Source of the DNA: an uncultured Clostridia bacterium
GTDB taxonomy: Bacteria > Bacillota > Clostridia > Oscillospirales > Ruminococcaceae
NCBI GenBank assembly: GCA_947627205.1
Contig: CANQVE010000008.1
Span: 6,944 to 70,943 of the forward strand
Reading direction: 5' to 3'
DNA: 64,000 nt
Below are positions 19,780 to 28,763 of this stretch, one piece after another (positions within the stretch are counted from its first letter, which is position 1; every line of letters starts with the position of its first letter). Position numbers and translations under genes: made by a program. Below the pieces are notes generated by a model. The model saw only the letters and a list, made by a program, of their open reading frames with translations, was not told the DNA's origin and did not search any database.

Positions 19780-20943
19780 ATGAAATATTTAAAACTTTCA
19801 TTATCTTCTATAGGAAAGAACAAACTTACATTTCTGCTCATTACCATTGAAATAGCTGTTCTTCTGCTCACTGTCAATTTTATGGTTTCAACTATTTCCG
19901 ACCGGCAAATGCTTACAAAGGGTTATGAGAAAATTTTGGGAGATAATTCGGCGTTTGTCTGGGATATCAATTTCACCCAAAATAAAATAAACGGTCTTGC
20001 GAATGATATGAAAGGATCGCGAGAGCTTATACTTTCCGACATAACGGATGAATATGAAATACACGAGGCTGTGTCGGTATATGCACACTTAATGAATGCA
20101 GACAACCTTATTGTGGTTTCCGATGAGATCTATGACAATCTGGCTTTACCTCTTGTGTCGGGAGATTATTCGGGAGCAATAGCAAGTTTTAATTATCCGA
20201 ACGACAATTGTTTCGGTTCATATAACGTAGATTATCAGGAAAAAGCTAAGGATTTCTACTTAACTATTTCGGGAAAACTTACTCCCGACACATACATTCC
20301 TCTTATGCGCTCATTCAGCAGTGCAAATGACTTTACGACCAAAGACCTTTATGTTGATTCAAGCGAACTTGACAACTTTGTAATTTGCAGAAAAAGCGAT
20401 CTTGAAGAGGAAGTATTGTCATATTGCGGAGTGTATGAAATGGGATTTATTATCCGCTTCCCCGAAAACTATGATGAGAACATAGCTAAACTCAAACAGA
20501 AAGCAGGCGTTCAAGAGGGCAAAGCGATCCTCGAAAACTCGCAAAAGGCTTTGTGGGAGGACTTGGCGGATTTCATTCCCGTTGTGATCTGCATTTTGCT
20601 TGTGGTAATAATCGGCACAATGAGCATTTCCATTATCTTAAACAAATACAATGAAAAACGCGGCGGGGTGCTTTGGATATGCGGTTTCAGCAGACGGCAA
20701 ATATTGTTCGCGCATTTTGTGAATATGCTTATAATTTTTGTTGTCGCGGCGATTTTGAGCGTAGGAGCATTTTTCATAATGTCGCTTTTGCAAATAGAAC
20801 TTGTCGTTTCGGCAAATCTTTCAATTGCAAATATAATAGCAACTGTCGCTCTGTCATTGATTTTGATTTTAGCGTCAATGATAATCCCGGCGATAAAGAG
20901 CAAAAACACTTCACCTGTTGAATATCTGAGGAGGGCGAAATAA
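19780..20943 (+). CDS. ABC transporter permease (FtsX/MacB-like)
   Basis: Same topology; KRGGVLWICGFSRRQI, C-terminal SPVEYLRR. Confidence 0.8.
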   Translation: MKYLKLSLSSIGKNKLTFLLITIEIAVLLLTVNFMVSTISDRQMLTKGYEKILGDNSAFVWDINFTQNKINGLANDMKGSRELILSDITDEYEIHEAVSVYAHLMNADNLIVVSDEIYDNLALPLVSGDYSGAIASFNYPNDNCFGSYNVDYQEKAKDFYLTISGKLTPDTYIPLMRSFSSANDFTTKDLYVDSSELDNFVICRKSDLEEEVLSYCGVYEMGFIIRFPENYDENIAKLKQKAGVQEGKAILENSQKALWEDLADFIPVVICILLVVIIGTMSISIILNKYNEKRGGVLWICGFSRRQILFAHFVNMLIIFVVAAILSVGAFFIMSLLQIELVVSANLSIANIIATVALSLILILASMIIPAIKSKNTSPVEYLRRAK

Positions 20944-21115
20944 AGTATACAGTTTACAATGTACAGTAAACAGCAAAGGTATCTGCTTCGCAGATGAAAT
21001 TTAGATTGTTTAAAATGACCGCAAACCGTTCGGCAGATTATGTCGATTTAATCTAAAAACAATCTAAATCCAAACATTAGTTCTAGCATCTAGCTTCTGA
21101 ATTTCTAGTTTCTAG
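20944..21115. repeat. Hybrid heptamer-ended repeat (TACAG left end, CTAG right end)
   Basis: AGTATACAGTTTACAATGTACAG..GTATCTGCTTCGCAGAT..TAGATTGTTT...AACAATCTA..TTCTAGCATCTAGCTTCTGAATTTCTAGTTTCTAG. Confidence 0.7.
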
Positions 21116-21127
21116 GAGGGCAAAAAA

Positions 21128-21790
21128 ATGATTGATTTAAGGAACATAACAAAAGTCTACAACCCAAAAAAGCACAATGAATTTACGGCGCTTAACGACG
21201 TAACATTAAAGATAAACGACGGGGAATTCTGCGCTGTCATCGGGAAATCGGGTTCGGGCAAATCGACGCTTCTGCACATAATAGCATTGCTCGATAAATT
21301 TTCTTTTGGGGATTATTTTCTGAACGGAAAGGACGCTGCGAAAACTCCCGAAAGCGCCGCGGCAAAATACCGCGCGAAAAACATCGGCTTTGTAAAGCAG
21401 GATTTCGCGCTTATTGAGGACTACACCGCGCTCGACAATGTAATGCTCCCGCTTTATCCGATAAAAGCAAAGGATAAAAAGAAAAAGGCGCTTGCGGCGC
21501 TGAAGAAAATGGGAATTGAAAGGCTTTCGGAAAAGGAAACGCGTAAGCTCTCGGGTGGCGAGAAACAGCGCGTTGCCATTGCGAGGGCAATCGTAAACGA
21601 GCCGAGCATAATTCTTGCGGACGAGCCGACGGGTTCGCTCGACAGCAAGACCGCCGCCGAGATCATGAGCGTTTTCAAACAACTCAATGCCGAGGGGAAA
21701 ACCGTTGTTATCGTAACGCACGACCAAGGTATCGCGAAGCAGTGCAGCAGGATAATTGAAATCTCGGACGGAAAGATAATTTCGGCGTGA
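21128..21790 (+). CDS. ABC transporter ATP-binding protein (LolD/MacB-like)
   Basis: GKSGSGKST Walker [15 protein letters not shown] signature, [12 protein letters not shown]. Confidence 0.92.
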   Translation: MIDLRNITKVYNPKKHNEFTALNDVTLKINDGEFCAVIGKSGSGKSTLLHIIALLDKFSFGDYFLNGKDAAKTPESAAAKYRAKNIGFVKQDFALIEDYTALDNVMLPLYPIKAKDKKKKALAALKKMGIERLSEKETRKLSGGEKQRVAIARAIVNEPSIILADEPTGSLDSKTAAEIMSVFKQLNAEGKTVVIVTHDQGIAKQCSRIIEISDGKIISA

Positions 21791-21921
21791 CTTATTATAC
21801 GTTCTGTTAAGCGAACAGCCTTTCGGTTCAAGTTCCTATCTCTTACTTTTTATGTTGACAAAATATATTAAGATGTGCTATAATAAAAATGCTGATAAAA
21901 ACTGCAAGCAAAGGGGCGGGA

Positions 21922-22938
21922 ATGATAATGAACTTTTACGATATGACCGTTGATAAATTAAGAAAATTTCTCGCCGAACAAAACGAAAATCCCTCAAAGG
22001 CTCTTTTGCTTTTTGACGGGATATACCGCAAGGGCTTTGATGATTTCGGGCAGTTCGGGTTCAGCGGGCGTGTTGTAAATAAACTGTCAGGCTTTAAACT
22101 TGAAACGCCCGAAGTCGTGCGAAAATTAGACGGCGGTGACGCCGCAAAGCTCTTGCTGAAACTCTCCGACGGCAATTTCTGTGAAACGGTACTTATGCGT
22201 CAGAGGTTTGGAAACTGCGTTTGCGTTTCAACTCAGGTGGGCTGCAACATGGGCTGTAAATTCTGCAGGAGCGGTATGCTCAAAAAGCAAAGAAACCTTT
22301 CGGCAGGAGAAATAGTCGGACAGCTCATAGCTATTTCAAAAGAGTTTTCATGCAGGATAGACGGCGTTTCAGTCATGGGAATCGGCGAGCCGTTCGACAA
22401 TTTTTCTGCTGTTTCGGATTTTTGCGCCATAATAACCGAGGACAAAGGGCTTGCAGTTTCAAGAAGAAAAGTCACTGTTTCGACCTGCGGGATCGTTCCG
22501 AAAATACGGGAGTTTGCGGATATTAAAGCGCCCGTGAGCCTTGCGGTAAGCCTGCATGCGCCGAATGACAAGCTGAGAACAGCGCTTATGCCCGTAAACA
22601 AGCTCTATCCCATAAATGATGTTCTTGACGCGGCGGAGTATTATTCAAAAAAGACAAACAAGCGCGTTACTCTTGAATATATCCTTTTGGCGGGGATAAA
22701 TGACAGTGAAGCGCACGCCAAAGAACTTTCCGAGCTTATTCACGGCAGAGATTTTTACATCAACCTTATTCCGTACAACGAGACCGACACCGAGTTTAAA
22801 AAGCCGTCCTCGGACGTTGCGGACAATTTTTGCCGTGTTCTGAAAGAAAACGGCGTTGTCGCAACAAAGCGCAAGGAATTCGGCGCGGAGCTCAAAGCCG
22901 CCTGCGGACAGCTCGCTTCGGTTTACGAGGACAATTGA
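21922..22938 (+). CDS. rlmN: Dual-specificity RNA methyltransferase RlmN (radical SAM)
   Basis: CVSTQVGCNMGCKFC, MGIGEPFDN, SLHAPND.LR, NLIPYN, AACGQL; start uncertain (21889/21922/21928). Confidence 0.85.
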   Translation: MIMNFYDMTVDKLRKFLAEQNENPSKALLLFDGIYRKGFDDFGQFGFSGRVVNKLSGFKLETPEVVRKLDGGDAAKLLLKLSDGNFCETVLMRQRFGNCVCVSTQVGCNMGCKFCRSGMLKKQRNLSAGEIVGQLIAISKEFSCRIDGVSVMGIGEPFDNFSAVSDFCAIITEDKGLAVSRRKVTVSTCGIVPKIREFADIKAPVSLAVSLHAPNDKLRTALMPVNKLYPINDVLDAAEYYSKKTNKRVTLEYILLAGINDSEAHAKELSELIHGRDFYINLIPYNETDTEFKKPSSDVADNFCRVLKENGVVATKRKEFGAELKAACGQLASVYEDN

Positions 22939-23109
22939 GAATAAAACGAGATTGTTAAAAAGTATGTGCCGATATCAAAAGGCACGACTATAAATTTCGG
23001 CGCTGTAAACTTTGACATAAGCCGTTATTCAAAGGTTTTGCCTTGTTTTAAGGGAAAATCAGCCATTTTGCCGAGCTTTTACAAAACTAAAAAAAATTTT
23101 AAAAAACCC

Positions 23110-23138
23110 TTGACAATTCGATAAGTATGTGATATAAT
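23110..23138 (+). promoter_or_regulatory. Consensus sigma-A promoter of tRNA-Leu
   Basis: TTGACA-17-TATAAT with upstream A-tracts (UP element-like). Confidence 0.85.
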
Positions 23139-23157
23139 TAAATAGTCGTCAGGAAAT

Positions 23158-23242
23158 GCGAGTGTGCTGGAATAGGCAGACAGGCTAGCTTGAGGTGCTA
23201 GTGTTTCACGACGTGTGGGTTCAAGTCCCGTCACTCGCACCA
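23158..23242 (+). tRNA. tRNA-Leu (anticodon GAG)
   Basis: GCGAGTG acceptor stem, D-loop GGAATAGGCAGAC, arm CTAGC-TTGAGGT-GCTAG, long variable arm, GGTTCAAGTCC, encoded CCA. Confidence 0.95.
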
Positions 23243-23490
23243 CGCATTGAAGCCCACCTTTACGGTGGGCTTCAACGCTGCGTATTTTTACTTTGAAATT
23301 CCCTAATGGAATTTCAATTTTGCTTCGCAAAACCGTAAAAATGCGCACTTCCCGAAAAGTGGTTTTAAATTATAACTTGCAAAAATCTTTTTTGTAAAGG
23401 TTAGACATTTAGAAATAAGATGTTAGAGGTAAGAGGTAAGAATCTAGCGTAACGGTGGTTAGCTAATTTATTCCTCTTATCTTTTTTTGT
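23243..23490 (+). repeat. tRNA-abutting repeat element (copy 2)
   Basis: CGCATTGAAGCCCACCTTTACGGTGGGCTTCAACG...; homologous to 16849-17056, ends in TTAGAGG/TAAGAGG heptamers. Confidence 0.8.
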
Positions 23491-23553
23491 AAGATTTCAG
23501 GATTTTAAACGCATAGATATATAGATCAAGCTTGATAAATATAACGGGGTGAT

Positions 23554-24096
23554 ATGTTGACGGATGTGGAACTGCTTGAACTTCTGAAAACAAAGCCCGA
23601 AAAGGGCATAAATGCGCTTTTAAAGCAATACGGCGGGCTTGTGTATGCGGTAGTCAGGCGAAAACTTTCGGGGCTGAATTTTGCCGAAGCGGATATTGAA
23701 GCCTGCGCCGCCGACACTTTCAGCGAATTTTATACCGACATTTGTAAATTTGATCCCGCAAAAGGAAGTATAAGAGCCTGGCTCTGCGTTATTGCTCGGC
23801 ATAATGCCGCAGACATTATAAGGCGGAACGCGCCTTTGCCTTTGGACGACGAGCTGAACGCCGCCGACTGCTCGCTTGAAAGCGACCTCGAAGAACAGGA
23901 AATGCGAAAAGCCGTTTTAGAAGCAGTAAAGGCATTAGCCGAACCCGACCGCGAAATACTTATGCGAAAGTTCTACCTCGGCGAAAGCTCAAAGGACATA
24001 GCAAAAAGGCTTAAAATGACGGTGTCAAATGTAGACACAAGAACGAGCCGCGCTGTTGAAAAACTTCGCAAAAGTCTTGAAGATTGGAGGAAATGA
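23554..24096 (+). CDS. ECF sigma-70 factor
   Basis: DIEACAADTF, KGSIRAWLCVIARHNA (region 2); DREILMRKFYLGESSKDIAKRLKMTVSNVDTRTSRA (region 4). Confidence 0.88.
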   Translation: MLTDVELLELLKTKPEKGINALLKQYGGLVYAVVRRKLSGLNFAEADIEACAADTFSEFYTDICKFDPAKGSIRAWLCVIARHNAADIIRRNAPLPLDDELNAADCSLESDLEEQEMRKAVLEAVKALAEPDREILMRKFYLGESSKDIAKRLKMTVSNVDTRTSRAVEKLRKSLEDWRK

Positions 24097-25616
24097 GAAT
24101 GAAATATTCTTTGGACAATTTATTAGACGAATTAACTCCCGGCGAGCTTGATGAAATAATGCCCGATAATATTGACGTCAATTTGTCGGGTAAGACGCTT
24201 CGCGGCGTCAGGAAAAGAGTTCTTAAAAATGCAAAGATAAAGCCCCGGCATTTAAGCGTAAAGATAGCCGTACCCGCCGCCTGCGTTGCTGTTGCTGCGG
24301 GAGTAGGAGGCTTTGCAATTGCAGAGGAGGCGAAGGAATACAACTCGGCGGTCGAGTTTTTCGAGGAGAACGGCTTGTCGTCCGAGGGGCTGAGCCGTGA
24401 TGATCTGAAGGCGGTATACCGCGACATAACCACAAACAGCTTTACAAACGGAAAAACCGCCGAGGTGTTCAGAAACTCTGTCGCAGGAACGGAGATACTT
24501 CAGAGCGAACCCTCTCCCGACGAGCTTGAATATTTCTGGAACAACAACGTAAATACAAGCACATACGCATACACCAAAGAAACGCCCGTGAAATATTCCA
24601 TTGATTATGTCGGCAGCAAAAGAGGCGACGATCATGAAAAAGTTACGGTAAAATGCGAAAAGAACGGCGCTGTTTTATGGACGGCCGATTTCCCGAATTT
24701 CGGAACAAGGTGGGAGGACGACGACCTTTATATTGAACAGGCGCAGTATATTTCGGACAAGACCGCTGTTATCGGTTCAACTTGCCATTACAGAGTAGTT
24801 ACCTCAGGCAGTAAGTCGGACGGCGTTACACACAGCTTTCTGACCTTGATTGACAACAGCGGAAACAAACTTTGGACGCACAGTTTTGACCATGGTTTTG
24901 ACTGGGATTATTTGTACAGAGTTGTTGAAAACGGGGATAATCTGATTTGTCTGGGAGTGTGCGACAATGATTGTCTGTTCTTCACCGAACTTGACAAAAA
25001 CGGAAACGAGATTAATTTCAACAAGGCGAAAATCGACGGCATTATTGACGTAAGAAACGCCGTAAAGCTCGGCAATGAGTATCTTGCGCAGATTTGGACC
25101 GATAGCGGCGAAAGGCTCGTAAAAATTGACGAGAACGGATACGTGACCGAAAACTATTTCTACGAAAGCGACGACTGCGACTACAGCATAGTTGATATGG
25201 CAGAATTTGAGGGGAAAGTTTATCTGTCGGCTTATTCATTCCCTAAGGGGGAAAGCGGCGCATATAGCGAACACGATTCGCTCTGGGATGCTATTGCAAG
25301 CAGAAACTCAGATGAACCGTTTGATATAACAGAGCATATCCGCGAATTTTACACGGCTGTCCTGCTTGTATGCGACCCGAACGGCGGAAAGCCCGAAACA
25401 TTCTGGTCGGCAAAAAATGCTCTCGGAGGCGACCTTGACGTTTCTGACGGAGAGCTTATCTGGGATGTCAAAAGCATAGTAAATGCGGGATTTATGCCGT
25501 ATGTAAGCAGTTATCCCTTCACAGGCAACTGCAAGGTTTACCGTTATACGTTCGATACTTCGGGGAAACTGACAAATTGCGAGGATACGGGGAAATATGT
25601 GCCTTTCGCCAGATGA
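24093..25616 (+). CDS. Probable membrane-anchored anti-sigma factor with extracellular beta-rich (propeller-like) domain
   Basis: ATGA overlap with the sigma stop; short cytoplasmic N-terminus, TM (IAVPAACVAVAAGVGGFAIA), repeated D..G...W motifs. Confidence 0.7.
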   Translation: MRMKYSLDNLLDELTPGELDEIMPDNIDVNLSGKTLRGVRKRVLKNAKIKPRHLSVKIAVPAACVAVAAGVGGFAIAEEAKEYNSAVEFFEENGLSSEGLSRDDLKAVYRDITTNSFTNGKTAEVFRNSVAGTEILQSEPSPDELEYFWNNNVNTSTYAYTKETPVKYSIDYVGSKRGDDHEKVTVKCEKNGAVLWTADFPNFGTRWEDDDLYIEQAQYISDKTAVIGSTCHYRVVTSGSKSDGVTHSFLTLIDNSGNKLWTHSFDHGFDWDYLYRVVENGDNLICLGVCDNDCLFFTELDKNGNEINFNKAKIDGIIDVRNAVKLGNEYLAQIWTDSGERLVKIDENGYVTENYFYESDDCDYSIVDMAEFEGKVYLSAYSFPKGESGAYSEHDSLWDAIASRNSDEPFDITEHIREFYTAVLLVCDPNGGKPETFWSAKNALGGDLDVSDGELIWDVKSIVNAGFMPYVSSYPFTGNCKVYRYTFDTSGKLTNCEDTGKYVPFAR

Positions 25617-25643
25617 GCATTAAAACAAGCGAGGTGAATTTTT

Positions 25644-25769
25644 ATGAAAAAAGTAATCATCATTTTTTCGGGAATATTTTTAGCAAGCGCCATTTTAACA
25701 CTAAGTCATTTTACAAAAAACACATCAGCCGATGCAATACATCCAAATTCAGTAATTGCCGAAAGGTAG
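25644..25769 (+). CDS. 41-aa secreted-type peptide (not in ORF track)
   Basis: GAGGTG RBS; MKKVIIIFSGIFLASAILTLSHFTKNTSADAIHPNSVIAER*; basic N-terminus, hydrophobic core, A-x-A site. Confidence 0.55.
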   Translation: MKKVIIIFSGIFLASAILTLSHFTKNTSADAIHPNSVIAER

Positions 25770-25870
25770 TCCGCTTATTTCTCACTTTTAAATAATCTCA
25801 ACGAACTTCTTTCCCGCTCAAAAGTAAATGCAATTCAAGGGCGGTTTTACGCTCAAAACATCTTTGTAAG

Positions 25871-26104
25871 ATTGCCGTTTCAAAGCACGGCTTTGAAACG
25901 GCAATGCGGGGAAAACTCTTGTTTTCCCCGCACCCTTTAGCGCTAAGAATCGTTATTGAGGGAAAACTTTTTTGAAAAAAAGTTTTCCCTCAAACTCCTT
26001 TTCAAAAAACTTTCGTGCGCCCGCCAGTTAGGCGGCTTGAACGGAAAAGCGCTTCGCCGCTCAAAACAAATTCTAGCCTCTAACTTCTAACCTCTAGCCT
26101 CTAG
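25871..26104. repeat. Cluster of three palindromes plus a CTCTAGC heptamer array
   Basis: ATTGCCGTTTCAAAGC/GCTTTGAAACGGCAAT; GCGGGGAAAAC/GTTTTCCCCGC; GAGGGAAAACTTTTT/AAAAAGTTTTCCCTC; TTCTAGCCTCTAACTTCTAACCTCTAGCCTCTAG. Confidence 0.7.
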
Positions 26105-26139
26105 ATGGGTTTTCCCCCTTGCGCGTCTTTGTGCCTGAA

Positions 26140-27228
26140 TTATCTCTTGATGTCGTAGTTCATATTCATCAGGTTGCGAATACTCTGAACGTCGTCGGTG
26201 ATATTTCCGTCGCCGTGGATAGTATGCTTGATAACGCTTGATGCAACAGCGAAGTTTATCATATCTATCGGCTTGAAATTATTCATCATAGCATAGATAA
26301 GTCCGCTCGCGAATGCGTCGCCACCGCCGACTCTGTCAAGGATATTGAACGTAAACAAACGGCTCTCAAACGTATGTCCGTCATACCACATAAACGCTTT
26401 AAGGCTGTTCTCGCTTCCGCTGTGAGCATAGCGTACATGGCGCGCAATGCACTTTAAGTTCGGATATCTGTCGACAAAGTGGCAGAACACTTCTTCCTGT
26501 TCCTCATAAGATGGCTGGAGCGGAACACCGTCTTTCCAGTCGCCCTTTGAATGGTCGTCCTCGTCTTTCCAGAGATGATAAGGTTCAATTCCAAGAAGAA
26601 CGTCAACATAAGGCAGGCACTCCGTGCAATAGTCGCGCGCTTCTTCCCAGCTCCAGAGCTGACTTCTGAAGTTTCCGTCAAAGCTGACTATAAGTCCCTT
26701 TTCCTTTGCCTTTTTAATACAGTTCATGATAAGTTTACGGCAGTTCTCTCCGAGCGCGGGAGTAATTCCGCTCAAGTGAAGCCAATTAAATCCCTCAAGA
26801 AGCGAATCAATGTCGTAGTTGTCAAAGTTATACTCGGTTATAGCGCTGTGCATACGGTCGTATGTAACCTTGCTCGGGCGTATTCCGTAGCCTGTTTCAA
26901 GGTAATAAGTACCGAGCCTGTGGGTAGGCGTCTCCTCGGCTGTGGACAAAATAACGGGCGTGCAATGAACGTCGTTTGAACGAAGCATGCGCACTGCGCT
27001 CTTTCCGAGGCTGTTGTTGGGAACAACGCTGAAAAACGTACTGTCAACGCCAAGGTTTGCAAGCGCAAGAGCGATATTGGCTTCACTTCCTCCGTAGCTT
27101 GCTTCAAACGTAGAAGCCATACGGATCTTCTCATAGTTCGGGGGAGTAAGGCGAAGCATTATCTCGCCGATAGTTATAAATTTCTTTTGGTTTCCGTCTT
27201 TGGGGAGCAGAGGGTTATAATGTTCCAT
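26140..27228 (-). CDS. kdgK: PfkB-family sugar kinase, 2-keto-3-deoxygluconate kinase-like
   Basis: ITIGEIMLRLTPP, GGSEANIA, LHLSGITPAL, SFDGNFRSQLW, DRVGGGDAFASGLIY; AGGAG RBS before ATG 27228. Confidence 0.8.
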   Translation of the reverse strand: MEHYNPLLPKDGNQKKFITIGEIMLRLTPPNYEKIRMASTFEASYGGSEANIALALANLGVDSTFFSVVPNNSLGKSAVRMLRSNDVHCTPVILSTAEETPTHRLGTYYLETGYGIRPSKVTYDRMHSAITEYNFDNYDIDSLLEGFNWLHLSGITPALGENCRKLIMNCIKKAKEKGLIVSFDGNFRSQLWSWEEARDYCTECLPYVDVLLGIEPYHLWKDEDDHSKGDWKDGVPLQPSYEEQEEVFCHFVDRYPNLKCIARHVRYAHSGSENSLKAFMWYDGHTFESRLFTFNILDRVGGGDAFASGLIYAMMNNFKPIDMINFAVASSVIKHTIHGDGNITDDVQSIRNLMNMNYDIKR

Positions 27229-27321
27229 AGTTTTTCTCCTTAAAAGTGATATAAGAGAAAAATATTCTCTATCAATTATTATACACCATACACAGGAAAA
27301 TTTCAAGTGGGGAAATTGAAA

Positions 27322-27522
27322 AGTTTACAGTATACAGGGTACAGTATGCAGTAGTAGGTATCCGCCTTACGGCGGATAAGATTTAGATCGTTTTTGAACA
27401 ATAGGCACACTAGCAAACTTTTATTGTTACGTTCCAAAACGTTTAAGTTTGATAACAATCCAAAATTATCCGCGAAGCGGATACCATAACTGACTACTGT
27501 CCGCTGTACCCTGTATACTTGC
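27322..27522. repeat. Heptamer-ended palindromic interspersed repeat, copy C
   Basis: TACAGTATACAGGGTACAGTATGCAG..TATCCGCCTTACGGCGGATA..ATAGGCACAC..AAAACGTTT..GATAACAATC..TATCCGCGAAGCGGATA..CTGTACCCTGTATACTTGC. Confidence 0.8.
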
Positions 27523-27526
27523 ATAT

Positions 27527-27557
27527 AAAAACCGCTCCCGCCTGTTACAGCGGGAGC
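27527..27557 (-). terminator. Intrinsic terminator of the large ncRNA
   Basis: Minus strand GCTCCCGC-TGTAACAG-GCGGGAGC-GGTTTTT. Confidence 0.75.
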
Positions 27558-27559
27558 CT

Positions 27560-28155
27560 CAATTATTCAATTTTAAATTCATCCTGCTTGTAAGCTGAAG
27601 TATTACATCGGACCGTACCTCTCAATAAAATTCGTACTTCACACAAATTTTACCGCCCATGGGACTCAATCCTTTCGGTCAAATTTTCCTCTCCGTAATT
27701 TCAAAGCGCACATTCTAATCACCTAATTCTTTTTGGGGGTTATATGTAAACGCCTCTGAGCGACTTCGTCGCTGCAAGCGGTAGAAAAATGTCTGCGGAC
27801 TGCCTACTCGCAAAGGTTTTTATCAAACGGGTAATGCCCCTCACATCAGCGTATCGACGCACTCACTCGCGCGGATAAACACTCTCAAATTCGACCTAAG
27901 CGGTCGGCGGAACACGAATCCGCAGACTGTTCAAAAAATCCCTCGCTCATTTCCATTGGACTCGCTTCCTTTCTGCTTCAAGCTGAATTTTTTCGGCTTT
28001 CATTGCCGTAGGATAATTCCTCATCTCTCACCGATTACTTAGCTATATACCTATAGACCTTTCTTCGGGTTTAAATCAGATACCCATCGGACTGAACCGC
28101 CTTTCTTGGTTTTTACTTTAAGGAAGATCCGCCGTCGCGGTCTGTCTTTCCTTGT
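27560..28155 (-). ncRNA. Large structured ncRNA, ROOL-like (~600 nt)
   Basis: ORF-free; own promoter and terminator; long-range helix GTCTGCGGA/TCCGCAGAC and several hairpins; segments CTATAGGT..GCTAAGTAATC..GAGAG, AATGAAAGCCGAAAAAA..AGCTTGAAGCAGAA, GAGTGAGT..ATACGCT, GTTTGATAAAA match my recollection of ROOL conserved blocks (not computed). Confidence 0.7.
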
Positions 28156-28161
28156 GATTAT

Positions 28162-28190
28162 ATAATAACATATTTTTTGTTAAAAGTCAA
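28162..28190 (-). promoter_or_regulatory. Sigma-A promoter driving the large ncRNA
   Basis: Minus strand TTGACT-17-TATTAT with extended -10 TG. Confidence 0.7.
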
Positions 28191-28393
28191 TAGAAGTTTT
28201 TAATTTTTTTGTTGTGAATTTGTATATATTTTTAAAAATCAATTTGGGCAAACTAATGATAATTTCATGTAATGCACGTCAAAACGCTGTTTTTCATAAA
28301 TTTCCTATTGACACAAAACAAAAAATAGTGTAAAATAATAAAGTCGGCGTTATTCATATCTGAAAATACTGCGCCGAAAAAGGCGGCGGTAAA

Positions 28394-28711
28394 ATGGCTG
28401 AAAATAACGATGCATTTCTTGACGAAGAAGAGGGAATAATTGAACTTGAGGACGAAGACGGAAACGTCACGAGATTTGAGTTTGTAGATCGTGCCGAGTA
28501 TAACGGAACGGTTTATTATGCGCTTATTCCCGACGACGCCGAAGACGAGGGCACGGCTGAATTTGTCGTTCTGAAAGAACAGGAAGTCAACGGCGATATA
28601 ATGCTCGCAACTGTCGATGACGACGACGAATACAACGAGGTCGGAGAGATGTTTCTGAAAAGATTTTCTGAACTGCCAGATCTTGAAGAGCCCGAGGACG
28701 ACAATCTTTAA
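28394..28711 (+). CDS. DUF1292 family acidic protein
   Basis: IIELEDEDGNVTRFEFVD..EYNG..YYALIP...DDDEYNEVGEMF. Confidence 0.8.
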   Translation: MAENNDAFLDEEEGIIELEDEDGNVTRFEFVDRAEYNGTVYYALIPDDAEDEGTAEFVVLKEQEVNGDIMLATVDDDDEYNEVGEMFLKRFSELPDLEEPEDDNL

Positions 28712-28763
28712 TTTTGTTTACATACTGCCTTGCAGCGCGAATGTGTGCTGTTATAATCCCAAC

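Noticed and set aside
21889-22938. Cfr-type antibiotic resistance methyltransferase
   Set aside because: MGIGEP and STQVGC motifs are RlmN-like rather than Cfr-like (MGMGEA, SSQCGC), and the context is not mobile
16775-26140. Prophage or integrative element inserted at tRNA-Gly or tRNA-Leu
   Set aside because: No integrase, phage or conjugation genes, and I could not find a duplicated tRNA 3' end (attR) downstream; an rlmN housekeeping gene lies between the tRNAs
27560-28155. tmRNA, RNase P RNA, group I/II intron or OLE RNA identity for the large ncRNA
   Set aside because: No tRNA-like GGGG..CCA ends or tag ORF, no GAGGAAAGTCC RNase P motif, no GTGCG start or domain V, not inside a gene; blocks fit ROOL better than OLE by recollection
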